From positions 12,524,001 to 12,588,000 of the forward strand of contig NW_027266297.1 in assembly GCF_022045235.1 (NCBI RefSeq): DNA of 64,000 nt, given 5' to 3'. The position numbers and the translations under genes were made by a program. Of this stretch, positions 26,101 through 38,100 are shown piece by piece. Positions within the stretch are counted from its first letter, which is position 1; each line of letters starts with the position of its first letter. The notes below the pieces were generated by a model, which searched no databases, was not told where the DNA came from, and saw only the letters and a list, made by a program, of their open reading frames with translations. This DNA is from Haliotis cracherodii (Eukaryota).

Positions 26101-29100
26101 GACAGTTAATGTACACACATACCTTGTTTAAAAAATAATAAAATAAAATGCCTCCCACTTCACAGTTTTAAAACTATTTTATTTGGTCTTATAACAACTT
26201 ATATTACACATAACTAGTGGCAGCCTTCCTAATGTACATTTCATGGTTACTAAAGATTTTATCATGAAACATGTGGACTTTATACAAAGTGTGTACATGG
26301 TTACATGGGTCTGTGTCACTGATAACGCTAGACGCCAGTAAGGGCGGCAGTACTGCCCTAGTAATTTACATACCCCTCCTCAAGATTCTTGAGCCTGTCG
26401 GGGTTGGCTGGAGTAGTGGACACAGGGATGACCGGCTTCTCCAGCCGGGGCATGTGTGTGCCTGCAGCCACGGTCAGCGCACGCAGGAAACCCTCATGGC
26501 TGTTGGGCACTGCACTGAAGTACATCAGCTGGAACAGAAGTATGCCATGTCACGGAGGGGACAACAGACAGGACCTGACCATCCTCCACTGACCGCCACA
26601 TGGACCCCAAACTGATCTAGGGCTATCCTTCCCTTTATACTTTCACATAGATATATTATAGTCAAAGCATCATCTTATAAATACCACTTTAAGACTCTTC
26701 TAAAGAGACATCTGTTCCACAAAGCAATTGACAACATATCCTAACTTTTAACATGTTTTCATTTTATATGTACAGCGCAACTGAGAACCTTTTCATGGAT
26801 ATTAGGCGCTATATAGATTATTATTATTATAACCACTGTCGTATAGCTGAAATATTGCCGAGAGTGGCTTTAAACAACAAACAAAACTTCTTCTTCTTCT
26901 CCTTCTCTTATTATTATTGTTGTTGTTGTTGTTATTATTATTATTGTACGAACACCAATCCGTTACATGTTTAGTTTTAAATTTAATTTGTTTTGTTGTT
27001 TTCAACACAGTCAGCAATATTTCAGCTATGTGATGGAGAATTGTGAATGATCAAGTCTAGACAAGACAAACTTGGGACTGATATTATGAGCACAATGCTA
27101 CACCATCGGGGTACAGTGGCATGCAAGCCTGATCACCAATCAATGTAGTCACCACTTACGACAAGCATAGGTTACTGGGGACCAATTCTTACCCAGAAAT
27201 TCAACAGAGGTGAATTAAAAACCTGACATTTTGTTATGATTTATTCAGCAGTATTAAAGGCACCCACCATGGCTGTATAGTTCAACACAGCTGGTGTCTT
27301 GTCAAGGTTGGCAAACATGTCAAACATGAGCTTCTTGAGGTTGGAAAGCCGGCAGTAGCTACCGGTAGTCATCTCTGTCATAGACTCCTCCGTGTTGAAC
27401 CACAAGTCTGTCTGAAAGATGACATTCAATTTGGAAACATGAAGGAGGGATACGAGTGTTGATAACCCTACTACCTGATAAGGCAGCACTTTTTAACTTT
27501 TCTTCAGTATTATGATTTGATTGATCAGAGACAAGCAAATAAACTAAATATTTTCCAAATTTATTCCTATTTGCATAAGACCTCAATCATCCACTGATAG
27601 ATCAAATTGCTAAGATTCAAATTCACACAAAAAGAATTGCTTTTACTTAATCTACCAACGATAATTGTTTAGAAAAATCTGTATATCATCTGACAGTTAA
27701 TGTTCAGGTAAAGTAAGAGTCGCAACCCTTAGTTGTGCAGGATCTGCTGATTTTGGAGGCATGACATTAAGCCCAAATGAAGAAAAGTTTCAACTCCATC
27801 TGCAGAATTACAATGAATTCTTCCTACCCTGTCATACTGCTCCCTGGTGACGAAGCCTGTGTCTTTCTGGTCCATCTCCTTGAATCTGACCAGCGTCTCC
27901 AGCAACTGCGCCTGGGTCGGTGTTGGCACTGGCGATGTCAACGCCATTAGGAAGCGGCGCCAGTCCACATACTCAGTGTTGGAGGCCAGGGTAGTAGAAA
28001 TATCCTGGATCTAATTATGAACAAAATTCTTAATTTAGTAGTAATACTTTTACAGGCCTGATAATTTTCAGCTGGTTTTAAACATGATAAGGCCCCAGGA
28101 GACACTATAGACTACTAATATCTATCACACTTTCAAGATGTAACTTTTTCCACCATTCAGACACAAGAACAAATTCAATTTCAAAATTTGTTACCTCTGA
28201 CATACAGCAACACCTTGTGAATACAGAAGATTCCACATTAGAGTGAGTGAGTGAGTATGGTTTTACTCTGTTTTAGCAATATTCCAGCAATATCACTGTG
28301 GGGGACACCAGAAATGGGCTTCACACAGCGTACCAATGTGGGGAATTAAACCCAGGTCTTTGGCGTGAGGAGCGAACCACTAGGCTACCCCACCTCCCCA
28401 TTCCACATTTTAGGAAAGTAATGGACTTAGCACAAGTGCCCAGAAAACAGGGTATCTTGACTAACAGAGTTTCACTGTATTATCTTCGGCATAAGTACTG
28501 ACACAGCTATCAAGTCAAGGGATAGCAAGAGAGAAAAGTGTTTAACTAAGTGTCATTAGAAACAGGTAAAATACATCTCTTCCTCAGGTAAAATATATTT
28601 ATAAAATACTGCTCAAAAGAAGTTAAAGACCACCCGACTTTTCTGACTATAGTTAAACTAAATACATTTCTACACCATAAATTGCATGATGCCAAGGCAT
28701 TTTTTATGAGATGATGTTCACATAAACTGAAACAACAATAGGCCATGCCTCACTAACAGACTGCTGTTTCCTGTTTGGCTGATGATAGAATAGGTGGGGC
28801 TTGTGTAGCTTGCTTGTGTTGAATGATGTCACTGAGTTCGAATTGGTGTCTACATTGTTTTAGTTAATAAGCAGTTTGTGAAGTTACTATTGTTGACATA
28901 TTTATTCATAAGAAATGAGATCAACATTTTTTGCATTTACGTTTTACACATAAGTTTCACATTTATATCTCCATAAATGCACAAAATGTTGAAATTAACT
29001 CTTTAAGAATAACAATAATACATCATAGCACTATAATAAGCCTCATAACCATGTGGCATCTTTGACAACAGCACTGTTACTTATAGACCCCCAGAGACAT

Positions 29101-32100
29101 CATCCTATTGTTTTCCAGTGGGATTAAATCTCATAAACAGGCATGGTATGTTATCCCTGGGATTCAATTAATACAACTTCCATCAAGAACACAATGTAAT
29201 ATAATGTAAAATCGATGACAAATATTTTCTTTATGTTCCCGAGGATAAAACATGCAACCTTCGTATCTGTAGCCCAGTGAGTGTACCACTAGCCTACAGA
29301 GGCGCTGACAAATCACAATGCTTTTAAGGTTGTCTTTTTCAAGCATCCCATGGACGCGGGTTTTATCATAAAAACCCTCGGACATGCTTTATCCTACACT
29401 GGAAGTATGAAGAAGCAGGACCTATTCGTCCAGACCGCGAGCCCCATCCACTGTGGGGGACCGACTCACCTGACTGGGTGTGATGTTCATCCAGACATCA
29501 GGCAGCTGCTCCATGCCATGAGTCACCGACACGATGTTCTCAAATGTCTCACAGAAGGACTTACTGGACATCACCCCTGTCGGTGCCGTCGCTGTAAACT
29601 GTGGAGTGGAAGCATTGATCACGTTGATGATGTGATGCAGAGACAAGAAAAGAAAGCATGTCAACATGCATGTCTTTGCAAATTGTACTGACCCCAGCTA
29701 AATTTGTAGATATATTTAAAATTACAAACATAATGTGAGCATTTTATTTTTGGGTCACAGATTCGCTCAAAGTTAATTTTTATCGCTGAGTTTGATTGCC
29801 CTTCTTTTGTTCTTCGTCATCCCATTATCTTGCAAAACCAAGAGTTAGCTGTCAGTCACATGATGTGTCCATAGACTTTGATTTCAATATTTCAAAGTTT
29901 TCCTTATCTTGACATTTCCAGGGGCCAAAGATCATATCTTGGCCTTTCTCGTGAGAACTGAACAAGTATATCAGATTTTGTAAATTGACACATGTGACAA
30001 CTTGCTCCACCCCTATTCTCATTCCCAAGCCTACATTACCTGTTGGAAGAGTCCCATCAACTGGTCAACAGTAAACTGGTCTGTCATTGGCTGCTCTATT
30101 GGTTCTGGATGGCCCGTTGGTGTAGGTGACCTAAGCACAACTTTATCCTGCAAAAGTACAGATAGATGTTGCATGGTTCAAGGCAATACATACAAGACAC
30201 TGCGACCCTCAACATTAGTGTCAAAATTCACGATGTATGTACATGTATGATGATGTAACTGACGAAGCAACACATGATAATACACATGTATCGAATCATG
30301 TATTAATTCTGTATCGATTTAAAAAAGTAATACATGTATAATATCTCTGAGTGAAGATCTGAAGATGTGTCAGGTAAACATTTCAATCAGCTAATCAGTG
30401 TCATAGCTTTTAAATTCTTCGTATGAATGAGCTAATGATTCAGACAAGCATATCTAGAAAACGCATATAACTGGGGAGTTCTGAATGCAAAAACTTAAAG
30501 CTGTGAAAACAATTATATTGTGGATATATTATACATTCTGCCGTATCATCTGCACCTAAAAGCATGTACTGTTTAGGTATATATGTATCTCCTATATGAT
30601 GCAAATCATTATGTCTGCAGAGATTGGTGCTTTTGGTAGTTCAAGTACTGTGCACATTTGCCTCAGTCTTTTTATACATACACAATTTCTTTGGTAAATC
30701 TGACTGAAAGATTCTTGGTCCTCAGGCACTAGTATATCAGCCAAACCTTACTTCTATAACATGCTATTTTAGCCTGAAGACAAAAAAACATATCTTGATC
30801 TACAAGACGGTCACAAAACCTCCTTGTCCAAGCTACACCATAATAATATTATTATGGAAACTTAATAAATTCAGTAATGAATTCTAATGATTCGGTTAAC
30901 ACTACATCAACGATTGAAACTAAATCTAAGGAAAGGATTTCTATTTGTACAGTATTTGTTTCATATTTCTGATCTAAATAACTATAACTATCCTATAAAT
31001 GTGATAAATGTGCAAATATGTGCATTCATTAACCAACTTCAATAAGCAAAATCATCTCAAGTGCAAATCTGCATCTGTATGAAAAATGTGTTGAAAGTGA
31101 ATCACATAAACTCCATCACCACATGTACAAGTGCAACCTTTTCTTTCTCCTACCTCATTCACATGCCCAAATGTTGCTGTGCCACTGCTAATTAATACCT
31201 CTGATATATGTGTATGAAATATATAGGCTTAAAGTGTCACCAATCATGTCTTTCTCCTACCTCATTCACATATCCAAATGTTGCTGTGCCATTGCTAATC
31301 TATACCTCTGATATATGTGAGTGAACTATCTTGTCCTAAAGTGTCTTGACATATGGAAGCAGTGATTGTGGTGTACAACATGCAGATGCAGGCTTAGGAA
31401 TGAAACTTCCTCTACAAACTCACAACTTCAACATCAACACTGATGATATCCTTTTGAATGCAAGATGAAAAATATACATTTCAATGAAGATTTTTTTATA
31501 AAGTCATTTAAAAAGATTTCACTTTCAAATCATGTAAATATGTTTTCTCTTCTTTCAGTTCCTTATAAATGCTTATCCTCCATATAAGGTTCTGTTAAAT
31601 TAGCCCCAAATTAATTATTTTCATATGTACACTCGGAGGAGGTAATATATCATTTATGACTACATTTATTCCGACTGCTCAGGCTGCACCAAATTATGCC
31701 CGGTCATCAGTTTACTGTGATGAGTTTCATTAACATTTGTTATTTATGTTTAACAAGTATCGTTATCATATGCATGATTTAACCTAAAATCTACACGGAA
31801 ATTTGTTCACAAATGACGTTTCCCTTCGAAAGTGATTGACAAAACAGTGGAAACGCGGACTTTGACTTTGACATCATAATATTTACTTAAGTGTTTAAAA
31901 ATGGGGATGTACATGTACAATCAGTGTCAATCAGTGTCAAACACTATATCGCAATATGTATTGCAATACAGATACTTGTATTGCAATATATTGTAATACC
32001 ACGTTTTAGCCAATACACTACATCCACTATAACAATGTTTATAGTTCAAGAATGTTTTCCATTTTATGCAAAAAAGGTTTCAATTATTTTTGTAATGTGT

Positions 32101-35100
32101 GGTGTTACTTCAGTGTTTCACCATGCCTGCCACACATGCAAACACAAATTGGAACATCTTGAATGTCTGTCTATGTACCCCAACAACAGGATCATTAAAT
32201 CCTTTCTCATGCTATTAACAAATGGTTTGTCAGATTCATTCTCAAACCTCTACAGGTCATTGGATATAGTTCTAATACTGCTGACAGCAGTGTACTCAAC
32301 CTCCACTCACTCAATCCAAATGGCTATATGTCATAAGCACTATATGGTATCTCTGAAGGTACTCACTTCGTCCATCATGAAGTCTTCTTGTTTGAGGACA
32401 AGCTCTGCCTTGATTCTCAGGCCATTCTCAATGTTATATCTCACTGTCTCCGACAAGTGGTCAATGCTGAAAACACAGTCATCATCATCAGTATATAGAT
32501 ACAGGAGATGTGTGTACAATACCCTTGTACTCAATCAGTCATCAACAATACTTCTTGTTTACACTATATTGCTTATTGACCTTGAAGTACTGACAATGAC
32601 AATCAGTTGCAAATGTGATTCCTAAAGTTACCAGTGTGTTCTAACAGCTGCCAGAGTCTTCTAAATGTTGCCATTGTGTTCTAAATTTTGCCATTGTGTT
32701 CTAACAATTGCAAGTGTGTTCTAAAAGTTGCAAGTGTGTTCTAAATGTTGCCATTGTGTTCTAACAGTTGCCAGTGTGTTCTAAATGTTACTGATGTGTT
32801 CTAAATGTTGCCAGTGTGTTCTAAGAATTGCCAGTGTGTTCTAAATGTTGCCAGTGTGTTTTAACAGTTGCCAGTGTGTTCTAAATGTTGCCATCATGTT
32901 CTTACTGTTGCCATTGTGTTCAAACAAATGCCAGTGTGTTCTAAAGTTGCCAGTGTGTTCTAAATGTTGACATTGTATTGTAACAGTTGCCAGTGTATTC
33001 AAACAGTTGCCAGTGTGTTCTAAATGTTGCCACTGTGTTCTAACAGTTGCCAGTGTGTTCTAAATGTTGCTGTCATGTTCTTAATGTTGCCATTGTGTTC
33101 TAACAATTGCCAGTGTGTTCTAAATGTTGCCAGTGCATTCTAAATGTTGCCAGTGTGTTCTAAATGTTGCCAGTGTGTTCTAACAGTTGCCAGTGTTCTA
33201 ACAGTTGCCAGTGTGTTCTAACAGTTGCCAGTGTGTTTGAACAGTTGCCAGTGTGTTCTAACAGGTGCCAGTGAGTTCTAACTGTTGCCAGTGTGTTCTA
33301 AGTAGTAGACAGAGGATAAGTGATAGTATTTTATCAGCATAATAAGCTACAAGTCACAGATAAGTCCTTTGGTTCTTGTAAACTGTTCCTCTATCCTGAT
33401 AAGGTCCTGTCAGGAGTCCTCCATCTGTCTTAGAGCACCGCCAAATATTCAAGTTCCATGAATAGCATATCTTAGCATAAAGTGAACAGTGTTTGCAAAC
33501 ATCACTGTCCAATCAACTGAAGGCATGAGGACCTGTGACCCAGGTATCTGTGTAGATCTCGGGGTACATGCAGCTCTAACATAGGTGTGATGATACCAGA
33601 CTGACCCTCAGTGCAGATGTTTAAATGAAAAGGTTCTGTTTAGTTATTGACAGAAAGGCATACCTTTCCATCTCATAAAGTACTGTCATGAGTCCTCTAT
33701 CTGTTTAGAGCAAGGCCAAATATTCAAGTTCCATGAATAGTATATCTAGATGCATACCTTTCCATCTCCTTGAGGTATCTGGCTCCAAGCCAGTCATTCA
33801 TGTCCTTGAAGGCATTGTCTCCCTTGCCTTTGAGGTCCTGGAGGATGGCAATGCCCAGGACCTTGATGAGATCCAAGCGAACCTTGGCGGCACGCTCTGC
33901 AAGTCAACAGTCAGCCACTCATTATATTGTATACCAGTTGAACAGCCATTAAAACAGACGAGGACAAATACTGATTATACAGTATCAAAATGTGATGTTT
34001 CTTTGGAAATACACCTGAGCCAAATTAACAGAGTGTTACCAGTTTGTCTTCAGTACTGGGATTGACTATGAACTATTTTATATCTCCAACATATCCATAG
34101 ATACACAGACACCATATGCCTTATTACAGGAACAACATACCATAAGTATTTTTTTCAGGCATTGTTTTAATTTTGAAACTGAAGCAAGATCAGTTTATCC
34201 TGAGGCAAATTATTTTAATTAAAGAATAGTCCATTCCAGAATTGAGCACAGATTCTTTGGAGAATATAACACTGAGAAAAAGGAACATTTATTTAGCTCT
34301 TTCTTTTGTGAGACAACAGATCTGTTTGCTTGTTGGTCTGACTAAAGGGGAGATAATCTAGCACATACCTTCCTGTGCAATAGCAAAGTAGTACTCCTCT
34401 CTCATCTTTGCTCTCAATAACTTCTTCTGTCTCTCTTCCTCGCACTCTTCCTCTGTTTCTGTAGGATAGAAAGCATTTTGTCATGACCTGAACAAACTAA
34501 AGATAAATTATTCAACATTTCAACTGCATATTCTCAGAAACTTCATAATTTCAATCCTTCACATAGACCATTAGGCAACAGAACCAGCCTTTTAATGATA
34601 TACTTGACCAATCAGAATCCACCCCTCACATCACTTCCAGCCCTATGATCGAGCCTGGAAATTCCAGCCTAGTTCCACAAGGGTGGAAACTGGACTTTTG
34701 TAGAATTTTCCTATTCGGAATATTCTATAAGTAATACGTTACCACTGTTATACCGAGGCTGTTGTCTCCCACAACTGCTGCTATAGCGAAATCTACCACA
34801 GAGATCTCAATTACCTCATGCAGCACGTGCGTAGCCACCTAGCTGCCATGTGACACCCTTCACTCTTGTCTCTTGCGAGAGCAAGTGCTCGGGTACGGAC
34901 GGGCGGGCAGCAGCCCAGTAGTAACGTATTACTTATAGAATATTCCGAATAGGAAAATTCTACAAATTACATTAAGTAATACGTTACCACTGTTATACCG
35001 AGGCTGACTACCACAGTAGGCGGTGGGGAGCACCTACAACCCGAATCCTGACTGCTAGCGTTCCTTCCGACCAGCGGAAGTAAACACCAAGGCGGAAGCA

Positions 35101-38100
35101 CTCGATGCGCATGCACCTAGCTAGGCGTTACCCTATAGGAATACCAAAGCACTGTCAAGCGCATACCGTAAGGCTCAATCGTCATTGCCAAAACGATTGG
35201 TGACTCCAAACGGCCCCACTGGATAGGTATTTCATCGCCGCAGCGGATGAGAACACTGTATCCGCGTGAGCTTAATCTTAGATCAGGTTAAACAGTCGAA
35301 AAGAGGGAAATTAATTTCATTCAGACCGTATATCCCAGAGCAAGCCTACTTAAAGTATGCATTAGGCGCGTGACCTAATTCCAGTATTTGTAAGCATGCA
35401 TCACAAGGTTGGGATACACGACAGACAATTAAATACATAATTGTCAAAATACAAATAAGGACAAAGCACACAAAAAGCCGCCCTCACCTGTGGTGTGAGT
35501 GCGCTGGTTTGTGGGACCCCAACTCCTGTACCCACGGCAGTGGGAACATTGGAGACGACCCAGATTGACCACCGTGCAAGGTCTGACGCCTGAGGAGTTC
35601 GGAATTGCGCTGGGCACACCCCTTAGGTGCCCGCTTGCGCCGCGATCCGCGGGCCAAGACGGTGCACACTCTCCACGACGGCATCAGCGACCTGTTTGAG
35701 GTAATGATTGGCAAAAACCGAGTCAGAACGCCAGTAACAACCTCGTAATATTCTGCGAACAGAGATATTCGAGTGTAGGGCAAATGTTGCCGCTAGCGCC
35801 CTGATCTCGTGCGGGTTTGACCCCGCTACCGGTAACCCCCGAGACCGGTACGCCAGATTGATGACAGAACGAAGCCACTACGCAATCGAGTTGCGAGTTA
35901 TGTCAACCGTGCGATTAGGGTTACACGATATGAACAGACGGTCACGCCCTTGTCTACGTTCATTCGAAGCCTTAAGATAATACTTAAGGGCCCTAACCGG
36001 ACACAGCGCTCTGTCCTCAGTATCAGCAGGATGTAAGATTTCTTTGAATGATCTTACAGTGAATTCTCTCTCCGTTTGCCCGATTCTCGGCGACGAAGCC
36101 CATGAGCAGGCCCAGGTGGAACGCTCCTTCGTCACCCCTATTGAATCATACCTTGGCGACATCGAGTGCATGAATTTCGGATACACGTGCCGCCGTGGCA
36201 AAGGAGAGGAGAAATGCTGTTTTCCAAGTCACATGCCGGAACGAAGCACTATGCAAGGGTTCATACGGAGCTTCCGTAAGTGATTGCAACACTAGGGAAA
36301 GATCCCAGGCCGGTGCCCGAAGGCGGCCCTTCTTAAGATCGTGCTGTTTGAAACCCTTGATAATACCCCGTATCACCGGCTCTTTGGAGAGACTGGTACC
36401 CATAGCAACGTCCCGTACCGTAGCAACGGACGAGACATAGTTGGCAATGGAACCCCCGGAGAGTTTCCGGGTCTCTCGCAAGTGAGACATGAAACGAGCA
36501 ATATCCTGCACAGATACCTTATCTGGCGAATGAATGTGATGTTTACAACACCACTTCGTGAAAATAACCCAACGTGCATTATACACCTTCTGGGTAGAAT
36601 CACGATGCATACTAACGTATGCCCGAGACGCCCGGCGAGAAAAACCTTTACTCCTCAGACGCTCGGTGACAACATCCACGCGTGCAGATTGAACTGCCCT
36701 GCGTTTGGATGAAGCTGACGGGTGTGAGGGTGGATCAAGAGATCCGGTCTCACAGGCAGTGGAAGTGGCGACTGCGTGACCTGGGTCAGCAAGTCGGGGT
36801 ACCACGATCTGTTCGGCCACATGGGCGCGATCAGTAACATTCGACAGCGAACTCCTCGGAGCCGGCTTAGAATGTGTGGTATCAACGCTGTCGGCGGATA
36901 AGCATAAGCGTCCAAGCCCGTCCAGTCTAACGCGAGAGCATCGTGACCGATGGCCCTCAGGTCCGGGACTGGTGAGACAAACAACGGGAGTTGATTGTTG
37001 AACCGCGTTGCGAACAGGTCGACCATCGGACGACCCAAACGTTCGCACAGCCACTGAAACACTACTGGGTTCAGCATCCACTCTGTGGGGCTCGGATCCT
37101 GAGGCCTCGATAGAGCATCGGTCAGTACGTTCCGCACACCTGGGATGTGACGGGCGCGTATCTGGCACGGGACACTGTCCACCAGAGCGTAAAACTCGAA
37201 CGTGAGATCGAGTAGCGAGTGACTGTGGGTTCCCCCCAGTTTGTTCACATAGGACACTACCGTCGTGTTGTCTGTCGCCAGCATGAGCCGGGCGTCGACG
37301 AGACGATGCTTCCAGTGATTGACTGCGTTGATCACTGCCTTGAACTCGAGACAATTGATGTGAAGACCTAGTTCGTCTACGCACCACAGCCCCGAGCTCA
37401 CCTCCCCCTCTAGATGGGCGCCCCAGCCCACTAGAGAGGCGTCTGTATACAGGTTCAACGTGGCCCGGTAGGGCCGCATAGAGACTCCTGATAAGACATT
37501 GTAAGGGACCGTCCACCACTCCAGATGCGGTCGGAGCCGATCCGGGAGGGCGACGGTCGCACTGTTCACCTCCGTAGCTAACAACTGGATTAAAAACCGT
37601 TGCAGCGGGCGGAGTTGGAGCCGACCCCGTTCGGTGCAGGCCTGGGCTGATACAAGCAGCCCTAACAGCTGTTCCCAAAAGTGAACAGTCTGTTGCACCG
37701 CTAAGACTTTGGCAATCATCGCCTGAATTTTGTGCCACCGGTCTGGGGGGACAAAGAGGCGATGGGACACCGTGTTGAACCGACCTCCGATGAACTGCAA
37801 GTTCTGAGAAGGGGTTAACTCGCTCTTGGGGAGATTGACAATCCACCCCAATTGCTCCAAGAGCCGACGTGCGAAAACGAGATGGCGTGACAGGGTGTCC
37901 GTCATTCGATTTGCTACTAGCGAGTCGTCCAGGTACGCGAAGTACCGGACACCCCTCCGGTGGAGGAACCCCACTATGGGGGTGGTTAACCGGGTGAACA
38001 GCCAGGGAGCGGATGAAAGACCGAATGGGAGTACAACCCATTCGTAGTGCCTGCCTTGAAAGACAAACCTGAGATACTTGTGATGATCCGGGTGAATCGG

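Noticed and set aside
31891-32625. 244-aa + strand ORF
   Set aside because: No recognisable motif; antisense to a SPEF2 exon and runs through repeat-like intron sequence
36700-37100. Methyltransferase-like domain as a novel cargo or bacterial contamination
   Set aside because: An MT-like domain after RNase H is an established feature of DIRS1 elements, and the element is cleanly embedded in a host intron
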